NCBI GenBank assembly: GCA_031395235.1
Contig: JANNUM010000016.1
Coordinates: 1 to 27,303, forward strand
Direction: 5' to 3'
Source: Chloroflexota bacterium
Lineage (GTDB): Bacteria; Chloroflexota; Limnocylindria; P2-11E
DNA length: 27,303 nucleotides
The first letter of the stretch is position 1; the number at the start of each line of letters is the position of its first letter. The position numbers and the translations under genes were made by a program. Positions 1 through 7,654 of the stretch are shown here, piece by piece. The notes beneath the pieces were generated by a model. The model worked only from the letters and a program-made list of their open reading frames with translations, searched no databases and was not told where the DNA came from.

Positions 1-584
1 GCGACCTCGAGGATCGGCTTCATCTTCAACATCGAGCCGAAGAGGGCCTGCGCGCCGCTCACCCGCCCCGACCGTTTCAGATATTCGAGCGTGTCCGCGA
101 CGGCGTAGATCGGGATCTTCCCCGAGAGCCTCTTGGCGAGCGCCACCGCCTCCTCGAACGAGCCGCCGCCGCGGCGCAGGCGCGCGCACGCGGTGGCGAT
201 GAGCGAGATGCCGCCCGCGAGGGACCGCGTGTCGATGACCAGGGCGGTCACGTCGGGCATCGCCTGCGCCGTCGTATTGGCGACCGAGAACGTGCCGGAC
301 AGCTCCGTCGCGACCACCAGCACCAGCAGCTGCTTCGTTCCCTCGGCGACGATCGCGTCGTAGACGTCGCGGCACTCGCCCATGTTCGGCTGTGAGGTGC
401 CAGTGAGCACGCCGGGCGCTGCGATGCGCCGGTAGAACTCATCGGCCGAGAGGTCAACGTTCGCGGTGAACGTCTCCGACCCGATGTCGACGTGGAGTGG
501 AAGCCAGCGGATGTCGAACTCCTGCTGCAGCTCAGGCGTGAGGCAGGCGGTCCCGTCGACGACGATCGCGAAACGCTCGCTCAT
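1..584 (-). CDS. DegV family fatty-acid-binding protein (3' end runs off the window)
   Basis: Not in the ORF track; translated by hand from ATG at 584: MSERFAIVVDGTACLTPELQQEFDIRWLPLHVDIG...TSQPN...ELSGTF...VIDTRSLAGG...DTLEYLKRSGRVS...LKMKPIL. These are DegV-type motifs (TSQP, SGT, LxYLxRSGR, KPIL). ATGA overlap with the birA stop (581-584). Confidence 0.9.
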   Translation of the reverse strand, partial: MSERFAIVVDGTACLTPELQQEFDIRWLPLHVDIGSETFTANVDLSADEFYRRIAAPGVLTGTSQPNMGECRDVYDAIVAEGTKQLLVLVVATELSGTFSVANTTAQAMPDVTALVIDTRSLAGGISLIATACARLRRGGGSFEEAVALAKRLSGKIPIYAVADTLEYLKRSGRVSGAQALFGSMLKMKPILEV

Positions 585-1351
585 GCGAGAGCGACCTCAC
601 CGGCGACGACGCGCTCGGTGCCGGATGGCGTGCGCACCAAGAGCGCGCCGTCGTCGTCGATCGCGGCCGCGATGCCACGGAGCGGCGCCCGCTCCCCGGC
701 GCGCACCTCGACCGTCTTGCCGAGGAACGTCGAGCGGCGGCGCCATTCGTCGAGCGCGGCGCCGCGCTCGGTGGTGTCTTCGAGACGGTCCAGCTCCCGT
801 GTCAGCCGCGCGAGAAGGGCAAGCCGATCGAGCGGATAGCCGGCCATCGCGAGCGAGATCGCTCGCTCGCGCAGCTCCGCGGGGAAATCGTCGGGCCGTT
901 GATGCACGTTGATCCCGATACCGAGCACGAGCACGCCTCCGTCGCCATCCGATGTCGCGTGGGCGAGCGCGCCCGCGACCTTCCGCCCCTCGACGTGTAC
1001 GTCGTTGGGCCATTCTAGGCGGGCATCCGCGCCCACCAGGGCGTCGAGAGACCGCGCGATCGCCACGCCGGCGAGCGCGGCGAAGAGCGCGGGCGCGACC
1101 GGCGCGGGGCGCACGATCCACGACGCGAGGAGACTCGTCCCCTTGGGCGCGACCCAGACCCGGCCACGTGTTCCCTGCCCCGCACTCTGCTCGTTCGCGA
1201 CGACGATGCCTCGTGACGCACCCTGCGCCGCGAGCTCGCGCGCGCGCGTCTGCGTCGTCGGAAGGACGTCGTGGTACTCGACACCGCGTCCGAGCTCGCG
1301 CGCGAACGCCGAACGGGCGGCGGGATCGGCGAGCAGCGCGAGTCGTGCTAT
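581..1351 (-). CDS. birA: Biotin-protein ligase without an N-terminal HTH (group I BirA); start probably non-canonical (ATA at 1351)
   Basis: C-terminal 256 aa of ORF 581..1759: EQSAGQGTRGRVW (GRGRxGRxW loop), WPND, RKVAGAL, GIGINV and a C-terminal SH3-like barrel (GIAAAIDDDGALLV). The upstream part of that ORF is an out-of-frame shadow of thrB. Confidence 0.85.
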   Translation of the reverse strand: MARLALLADPAARSAFARELGRGVEYHDVLPTTQTRARELAAQGASRGIVVANEQSAGQGTRGRVWVAPKGTSLLASWIVRPAPVAPALFAALAGVAIARSLDALVGADARLEWPNDVHVEGRKVAGALAHATSDGDGGVLVLGIGINVHQRPDDFPAELRERAISLAMAGYPLDRLALLARLTRELDRLEDTTERGAALDEWRRRSTFLGKTVEVRAGERAPLRGIAAAIDDDGALLVRTPSGTERVVAGEVALA

Positions 1352-2247
1352 TTGAGGACCTGTGCGCCGGCGGCGCGTACGCGCACGACGCGTCCGCGCC
1401 CGGGGGCACCCGCGGCCGCGGCGGCCTCCTCCATCGCGGCGACGACGCGCGGAGCCAGCCGCGTGGGCGCGACCGCCAGAACGCTGGGTCCGGCGCCCGA
1501 CAACGCGGCACCGAACGCCCCCGCCTCGCGCGCCGCGGTGATGATCTCGCCGAGCGCGGGCACGAGCTTGGTGCGCGCGGCCTGGTGGAGACGGTCCACC
1601 ATCGCGAGCGCGAGCAGGGCACCGTCCGCGCGCATGACCGCGGCGATGAGCGCCGCGCCGTGCGCGACGTTGAAGACGGCGTCGTCGCGCGAGACCTGCG
1701 CGGGGAGGACGGCGCGCGCCTGCTCGGTGGAGAGCGGGCGTCCAGGTATGAGCAGGCACACGCGCCAGGTGCGCGGGAACACGAGGCGCGTCGCGAACGG
1801 ACCGCCATCGTCCGGCAGTGCCACGGTGAACGCGCCGTACAAAGCCGCGGCGACGTTGTCGGCGTGTCCCTCCACCTCGCTCGCGATGCGCAACAGGGTG
1901 CGGCGGTCGAAGGGCTCGCCGAGCAGGGTGTTCGCGGCCACCGCACCACCGACGATCGCCGCGGCGCTGGAGCCAAGCCCACGCGCGATCGGGATCGCCG
2001 ATCGCTGCGTCACGTGCTGGGCGACGAGCTCACGACCCGCGGCTTTCGCGACGGCGCGCGCCGACACGACGAACAGGGTCTCGTCGTCCGGGGGGATCCC
2101 CGGTCCGTCGCCCTCGACGGTCACCGACCACGTCTTCGCCGGTCGCTGCTCGAACTCGGCGAGCAGCGGCAGCGCGAGCGCGAACGTATCGAATCCCGGA
2201 CCGAGGTTCGCGCTCGAGGCCGGCACGCGGACGCGCAGCTCGCTCAC
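1348..2247 (-). CDS. thrB: Homoserine kinase
   Basis: VRVPASSANLGPGFD, IPIARGLGSSAAA (GHMP kinase ATP loop), EGHADNVAAALYG, LSGAGPS. Confidence 0.95.
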   Translation of the reverse strand: MSELRVRVPASSANLGPGFDTFALALPLLAEFEQRPAKTWSVTVEGDGPGIPPDDETLFVVSARAVAKAAGRELVAQHVTQRSAIPIARGLGSSAAAIVGGAVAANTLLGEPFDRRTLLRIASEVEGHADNVAAALYGAFTVALPDDGGPFATRLVFPRTWRVCLLIPGRPLSTEQARAVLPAQVSRDDAVFNVAHGAALIAAVMRADGALLALAMVDRLHQAARTKLVPALGEIITAAREAGAFGAALSGAGPSVLAVAPTRLAPRVVAAMEEAAAAAGAPGRGRVVRVRAAGAQVLK

Positions 2248-2258
2248 GACGGGGGCAC

Positions 2259-3326
2259 CTAGGCGCGCGCGGCGTGCGCGATCGCGCCCATCACCGCGTC
2301 GGCGGTCGCGTCCACGATCGCGACCTCCTGACTGAGCGAGCGCACGGTCTCGGAATCCTTGAGACCGTTGCCGGTCAAGACGCAGACGACGCTCGACACG
2401 CCACGCAGTCCCCCGCTCCGCGCGCGCTTACGAAGCCCAGCGACCGACGCCGCGCTCGCGGGCTCGACGAACAGGCCCTCGCGCCGAGCGAGGTCCCGGT
2501 ACGCGTCGAGGATCTCCGCGTCGCTCACGGCCTCGATCGCGCCGCCGGACTCATCCCTGGCGCGCAGCGCGCCCTGCCACGACGCCGGCGCGCCGATCCG
2601 GATCGCGGTGGCGATCGTCTCCGGCTCGGCGACGGGCCGGCCAAGCACGATCGGCGCCGCGCCCTCCGCCTGCCAGCCGTACATGCGGGGCCGGCGCGTC
2701 GACATTCCCGCGCCGACGGCTTCAACGAACCCGCGCCAGTACGCGGTGATGTTCCCCGCGTTACCGACGGGGATGAACAGCGCGTCGGGAGCGTCGCCGA
2801 GGCTCTCGCAGATCTCGAACGCCGCGGTCTTCTGACCCTCAATGCGATGCGGATTGACGCTGTTTACGAGCGTCGCTTCCCCCTGCGCCGCGAGCTCTTT
2901 CACGACCGTGAGTGCCGCGTCGAACGGACCCCGCACCGTGACCACCGTCGCGCCAAACACGATCGCCTGGGCGAGCTTGCCGAGCGCGACATTACCCGCC
3001 GGCAGGACGACGGTGCACGGAAGGCCCGCGCGCGCCGCGTAGGCCGCGGCCGACGCGGCGGTGTTCCCGGTCGACGCGCAGAGGATGGCGCTCGAGCGGT
3101 CTTCCAGGGCCTTCGCGATGGCGACGACCATGCCGCGGTCCTTGAACGAGCCCGTCGGATTCGCGCCCTCGACCTTGAGCCACACCCTGTCGACGCCGGT
3201 CTCGCGCTCGAGCGACGGCGCGCGCACGAGCGGCGTGCCCCCTTCGCCGAGCGTGAGCCGCGGCGTGCGGGACGTCACGGGCAGATACGCGGCGTACCGA
3301 TCGATGAGACAGAGCGCGGGTGTCAC
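2259..3326 (-). CDS. thrC: Threonine synthase (PLP-dependent)
   Basis: TLGEGGTPL, KVEGANPTGSFKDRG (PLP lysine), ASTGNT, PVGNAGN, EPASAAS, LTGNGLKD. Start placed at GTG 3326, 6 nt after a TACCAT -10 box. Confidence 0.93.
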   Translation of the reverse strand: MTPALCLIDRYAAYLPVTSRTPRLTLGEGGTPLVRAPSLERETGVDRVWLKVEGANPTGSFKDRGMVVAIAKALEDRSSAILCASTGNTAASAAAYAARAGLPCTVVLPAGNVALGKLAQAIVFGATVVTVRGPFDAALTVVKELAAQGEATLVNSVNPHRIEGQKTAAFEICESLGDAPDALFIPVGNAGNITAYWRGFVEAVGAGMSTRRPRMYGWQAEGAAPIVLGRPVAEPETIATAIRIGAPASWQGALRARDESGGAIEAVSDAEILDAYRDLARREGLFVEPASAASVAGLRKRARSGGLRGVSSVVCVLTGNGLKDSETVRSLSQEVAIVDATADAVMGAIAHAARA

Positions 3327-3332
3327 GGCGGG

Positions 3333-3338
3333 ATGGTA
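3333..3338 (-). promoter_or_regulatory. -10 element TACCAT of a leaderless thrC transcript
   Basis: Minus strand reads TACCAT-cccgcc-GTG (TANNNT, 6 nt, start codon); no SD present. Confidence 0.6.
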
Positions 3339-3411
3339 GCCCTCAGCCCTCCTACTGTGGCGTGCGCGAAGCGCAAACGCCAAACAGATGAGCGCAGCGA
3401 AGCTGCGCGAA

Positions 3412-3417
3412 TACCAT
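3412..3417 (+). promoter_or_regulatory. -10 element TACCAT of a leaderless AI-2E transporter transcript
   Basis: TACCAT-gggcgcc-GTG(3425); the hexamer is identical to that of the divergent thrC promoter. Confidence 0.55.
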
Positions 3418-3424
3418 GGGCGCC

Positions 3425-4549
3425 GTGAGCCTTAGTGCGAGGGAACATCGGCTGCTCCAGGCGCTGGTGGTGCTCGCGATCCTATATCTGGCGTTCCAGG
3501 TGTTCGCGCTCGGGTGGGTCGCCGTCGCTCAGGTCGCGGACGTCATCATCATCTTCGTCGCGGCGTGGGCGCTCGCCTATCTGCTCTCGCCGCTCGTGAA
3601 CCGCATCGACACGGGGACGCCGCTGAATCGCACGCTCGCGGTCGTGGTCGTCTACATCGCGATCGCGCTCGTGCTCGTGCTCATCGGCCTGCTCGTGGTC
3701 CCGCCCCTCGTCGCGCAGCTCAACGACCTGGTCACCCGCGGACCCGAATATGGCGAGCGCGCATCGCAGCTCGCGGCCAGCCTGCAAACAACGCTCGAGC
3801 GTGTCGGGATCCGCGTGGACCTCACCGAGTTCTATGGAACGCTGCCGCGTCGCCTCGGCGACCTCGCGGCGGCCTACGCGGCGGACATCCTCGGTGTCGT
3901 GTCAGCGACGGCCGCGGTCTTCTTCAATGTGACACTCGTGTTGATCATCGCGTTCCTGATGCTCAACGACGGTGACTCGATGTGGCACCGCTTCACCCGC
4001 GCGCTGTCGCCTGAGCTCGGGAGCGAGGCGGAGCTCCTGCGACACAGCGCGGACCGCTCCTTCGGCGGCTTCATCCGCGGCTCGCTGATCCTCGGCCTCA
4101 TCTACGCCATCGCGACGCTCGCGATCCTCGTCCCGCTCGGCGTTCCATATGCCGGCGTCCTCGCCCTCGTGTCGGGTCTGACCATGATCATCCCGTTCTT
4201 CGGGCCGATCATCGCCATGATCCCCGTGATCGCGGTGACCTTCCTCGGCGCTCCAGACCGCCTGCTGATCGTGTTCATCCTCGTGCTCGCGGTGCAACAG
4301 GTGCTCCTGAACGTCGTCAGCCCGCGCATCATGTCGCGGAGCATCGGCATCCACCCGATCTTCATCTTCCTCGCGCTTCTCCTCGGCGCGAAGCTCGCCG
4401 GCTTCTGGGGCGTGTTCCTCGCGGTGCCGGTCGCCGGCATCGTCAACACCTTCCTCCGCTACTCGTACGAGCTCGCCGCGGGCCGGCGCACCCGAGTGCA
4501 AGCCGCCACGCTCATCGAGGATCGCGAGGCGCGAGCGGCCGGACAGTGA
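3425..4549 (+). CDS. AI-2E family (PerM/UPF0118) transporter
   Basis: About 8 hydrophobic helices; AYLLSPLVNRI, GGFIRGSLI, IPFFGPII, NVVSPRIMSRSIGIHP, GFWGVFLAVP are typical AI-2E motifs. Alternative start ATG 3416. Confidence 0.9.
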   Translation: MSLSAREHRLLQALVVLAILYLAFQVFALGWVAVAQVADVIIIFVAAWALAYLLSPLVNRIDTGTPLNRTLAVVVVYIAIALVLVLIGLLVVPPLVAQLNDLVTRGPEYGERASQLAASLQTTLERVGIRVDLTEFYGTLPRRLGDLAAAYAADILGVVSATAAVFFNVTLVLIIAFLMLNDGDSMWHRFTRALSPELGSEAELLRHSADRSFGGFIRGSLILGLIYAIATLAILVPLGVPYAGVLALVSGLTMIIPFFGPIIAMIPVIAVTFLGAPDRLLIVFILVLAVQQVLLNVVSPRIMSRSIGIHPIFIFLALLLGAKLAGFWGVFLAVPVAGIVNTFLRYSYELAAGRRTRVQAATLIEDREARAAGQ

Positions 4550-5346
4550 GCGCGCGACGGCACATCCTCATCACGAATGACGACGGGATCGACGCGGACG
4601 CGCTCCCACCGCTCTCCCAGGCGCTCGCGAAGCTCGGCGACGTCGACATCATCGTGCCCGAGCGCAACTGGAGCGGGGCGAGCCACAGCATCACGCTCTT
4701 CCGGCCACTGCGCGTGCGACCCACGAAGCTGCGGAGCGGGCAAGGGGCCTTCATGACCGACGGATCGCCGACGGACTGCGTGCGCCTCGCGGTCCTTGGG
4801 TTCCTCAAGCATCGGCCGGACATCGTCGTGAGCGGGATCAACCGCGGCGCGAACATGGGCGACGACATCACGTACTCCGGCACCGTGGCCGCGGCCATGG
4901 AAGGCCTTCTCTCCAACATCCCGTCGATCGCGATCTCGATCGGCGCGTTCGGTGGGGACATCGACTACGGACCGGCCGCGAGCTTCGCGGCATTGCTCGC
5001 GCGCAACATCCTGGACCGCGGGTTCGCGCCCGACTCCCTGCTCAACGTCAACGTGCCCCCGCTGCCTCGCGATCAGATCGCCGGCGTCGAGGTGACGCGC
5101 CTCGGCAAGCGCACGTACCGCGACCAGCTCGTCGAGCGCCTCGACCCGTACGGCAATCCCTACTACTGGGTCGGCGGCCCGGCGGTGAGCGACGAGGCCG
5201 AGGACGGGACGGACGTCGCGGCGCTACGCGCCGGGAAGATCAGCGTGACGCCGATCGCGCTCGATCTCACCAATCACGCGCTTCTGGAGGAGCTCGCGCG
5301 CTGGGACTGGGGCTGGAGCGCCCCGGTCGAGGTCTCCGCGGACTGA
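4546..5346 (+). CDS. surE: 5'/3'-nucleotidase SurE
   Basis: ILITNDDGI, SGASHSITL, DGSPTDCV, VVSGINRGANMGDDITYSGTVAAAMEG, GKISVTP; GTGA overlap with the upstream gene. Confidence 0.96.
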   Translation: MSARRHILITNDDGIDADALPPLSQALAKLGDVDIIVPERNWSGASHSITLFRPLRVRPTKLRSGQGAFMTDGSPTDCVRLAVLGFLKHRPDIVVSGINRGANMGDDITYSGTVAAAMEGLLSNIPSIAISIGAFGGDIDYGPAASFAALLARNILDRGFAPDSLLNVNVPPLPRDQIAGVEVTRLGKRTYRDQLVERLDPYGNPYYWVGGPAVSDEAEDGTDVAALRAGKISVTPIALDLTNHALLEELARWDWGWSAPVEVSAD

Positions 5347-7628
5347 CCGAGGCGCGGCGGTTCGCCCAGGAGCGTCGCGCTCACATAGCAGGCGATCGCG
5401 AGCCACGCCAGTCCGGTGAATCCCGTTTCGAGGGCCAGTCCGGCGGCGACGATCGAGCCGACGACCGACGCGACGCCGTTCACGCCCCACGCCCACGCGA
5501 GCAGGTTCCGCTCATGCGCGCCGGCGGCATTGAGCACGCGCGGGAAGGCGGTGCCGAGGGGAAATCCGAGCGCGATGGCAAAGACCAGCGCGATGATCAC
5601 GCGCACGACGAGCGGTCCCGCGAGCGTGGCGTCCGCCGCGCCGGGCAGGATCACCAGGACCGCGGCGAGTGCCACGGTGCTCCCGAGCGCGGCGCCGCGC
5701 ATGCCGCCGGGAAGCCGGCGGATGCTCGCCGAGCCCGCGGCCGCGCCGGACAGGAGCCCGGCCACGCCGACCGCGAGCGCCAGCGTGGGCTGACCGAGGT
5801 ACAGGGTCAGACGCTGCAGGAGGACGATCTCGACGACGATGAAACCGGTCCCGAGCAGTACCGCATAGCCCGTGACCCAGCGCGTGAGCCGTGCGTCGGA
5901 GCGCGACACCGTGCGGCGCAGCGGCAGCAGGATCAGGGCGAACGACAGGAGCAGGGCCGTGATCAGCGCCGCGACGAGCGTCTGCTGGCCCTGGGCCAGC
6001 GGCGCGCGGCCGGCGAGCGTCTCGCCCAGCGGGACGCTGTCGAAGAAGAACGGGCGGTCGTCGGTCGACGGGCTGTGACCGTTCGACGAGAAGGTCGCCG
6101 CGAGCCGTCCGCTCCTTCGGCTCCCGTCGTATGCCACCTCGAAGCCGTGTGCCCCGGCGAAGTCGCGAACGACCTTCATGCTGGCTTCGTCGAACTCCTC
6201 AGCGCGCACGAGCATCAGGCCGAACTCGGCGCTGCGAACGACGGCCAGATGCCGCTCGGGACGCAGGGCGCCGACGCGGCGGAGGCCGGCGCCGGCGACC
6301 TCCATCGCCCTCAGCATCTCGGTCGGCGGATCCCGATACCAGCGACCGATCGAGAGCGTCCCGCCCGGAGCGAGATGGCCGACGTAATCGGCGAACGCCT
6401 CCTCGGTATAGAGGTAGCTCTCTGAAAGGGCGTACGCGCCGCTCTGGAGCGCGGCCCAGCTGTCAACGACAGTCATCACGATGACGTCGTAGCGGTCGCT
6501 CGAGCGCCGCACGAAACTCCGCGCCTCGTCCGCGACGATCGTCACGCGCGGGTCGTCGTAGAGAGCGCCGCCGTAGTCGCGGTAGCGACCCTGCACCGTG
6601 GCGATCACCGCGCGGTTCACGTCGACACCGGTGACGGTGCGCGCGCCGCGACGGAGCGCGACCAGAACGTCGATGCCCCCGCCTGGACCGATGACCAGCA
6701 CGCTCGGCCGCTCCACCAGGAGGTACGGCGTGGCGAGGACGCTCGCATCGAGCACCGCGCCGTCCGCCTGCGTGCCGCCTTCGACGATCAGGGTCGCGGC
6801 ATCGAGGTCGATCCGCATGATGAGAGAGCGCGGCCGCTGTCCGTCGAAGGCCGTGTCGACGAGGAAGTCGTACGCGCTTGACGCTCCGTCGGCGCCGTAG
6901 CGGACGACGTCGACCCTGCCCTGCGGATCCCAGCGCGCGGACTCGACGGTGGCACCGCGCCGCAGGTCCTCGAGGATCGGCTTGAACGCGGCCGGTCGGA
7001 GCGGCGCGATCTGGTCGCCGACGGACGCGAGCGCGAGCGTGAGCAGGACGGTCGGGAGGACGGCGCCGAGCGCGACGCGCCGGCGCGCCTTCGCGTCGGC
7101 GAGGACCAGGGCAGCGATCGCGGCAAGCGCTGCGGCCGCCCCGTATTCCCCGGGCGCGCCGAGTGTGCGCATCGCGATGAACGCGAGGACTCCGCCGACC
7201 GCGGCGCCGGCGAGGTCGGCGGCGTACGTGCGCCCGGCCCACGCGGGATCGGCCGCGAGCGCGCGGACGACGACCCAGCTGACCAGGACGTACGGCAGGC
7301 TGCTCGCCGCGTAGATCAGCACGACCGCGAGGCTGACGTCGAGCGCCGCCGGGTCGACGATCGTCGCGACGGCCATCGCGAGCACGTAGCTCGCGCTCGC
7401 GAGTGCCGCGAGGCGCGACGTGCTGGGTGCGCTCGGACGCCGATCGATCAGCGTCGCCGCGGTCGCTCCGGCGCCCACGCCGAGCAGCGCGATCGACACC
7501 GCCACGAAGGTGAGGTGGTAGCCAAGCGTCGCGCTGAAGAGGCGCGTCTGCGCGACCTGAAAGAGCAGCGCCGAGCACGAGAGGAGGAACACCGCCGCGG
7601 CGGTGCGCGCGGAGAAGGATCGGAGCAT
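5274..7628 (-). CDS. Large membrane protein with a central spermidine-synthase-like (class I SAM-fold) domain
   Basis: 784 aa; about 6-7 N-terminal TM helices, a soluble domain VLVIGPGGGIDV...VTGVDVN...VADEARSFVRRSSDRYDVIVMTVVDSW...SESYLYTEEAF, then about 6 C-terminal TM helices (LYLGQPTLAL, WAWGVNGVASVVG). Confidence 0.8.
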   Translation of the reverse strand: MLRSFSARTAAAVFLLSCSALLFQVAQTRLFSATLGYHLTFVAVSIALLGVGAGATAATLIDRRPSAPSTSRLAALASASYVLAMAVATIVDPAALDVSLAVVLIYAASSLPYVLVSWVVVRALAADPAWAGRTYAADLAGAAVGGVLAFIAMRTLGAPGEYGAAAALAAIAALVLADAKARRRVALGAVLPTVLLTLALASVGDQIAPLRPAAFKPILEDLRRGATVESARWDPQGRVDVVRYGADGASSAYDFLVDTAFDGQRPRSLIMRIDLDAATLIVEGGTQADGAVLDASVLATPYLLVERPSVLVIGPGGGIDVLVALRRGARTVTGVDVNRAVIATVQGRYRDYGGALYDDPRVTIVADEARSFVRRSSDRYDVIVMTVVDSWAALQSGAYALSESYLYTEEAFADYVGHLAPGGTLSIGRWYRDPPTEMLRAMEVAGAGLRRVGALRPERHLAVVRSAEFGLMLVRAEEFDEASMKVVRDFAGAHGFEVAYDGSRRSGRLAATFSSNGHSPSTDDRPFFFDSVPLGETLAGRAPLAQGQQTLVAALITALLLSFALILLPLRRTVSRSDARLTRWVTGYAVLLGTGFIVVEIVLLQRLTLYLGQPTLALAVGVAGLLSGAAAGSASIRRLPGGMRGAALGSTVALAAVLVILPGAADATLAGPLVVRVIIALVFAIALGFPLGTAFPRVLNAAGAHERNLLAWAWGVNGVASVVGSIVAAGLALETGFTGLAWLAIACYVSATLLGEPPRLGQSAETSTGALQPQSQRASSSRSA

Positions 7629-7635
7629 CGGCCGA

Positions 7636-7641
7636 AATCTA
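7636..7641 (-). promoter_or_regulatory. -10 element TAGATT, leaderless promoter of the spermidine-synthase-like gene
   Basis: Minus strand TAGATT-tcggccg-ATG(7628). Confidence 0.55.
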
Positions 7642-7654
7642 GACGGTCCGTCTA
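7640..7654. repeat. Perfect 7-1-7 inverted repeat TAGACGG-T-CCGTCTA
   Basis: Read directly from the sequence; it overlaps the -10 box above and the stop codon of the DUF71 gene. Confidence 0.8.

Noticed and set aside
1012-1017. Near-consensus TAGAAT inside birA (created by rare CTA-GAA codons)
   Set aside because: No start codon 6-7 nt downstream and about 430 nt from degV, which is already coupled by an ATGA overlap; no independent support for an internal promoter.
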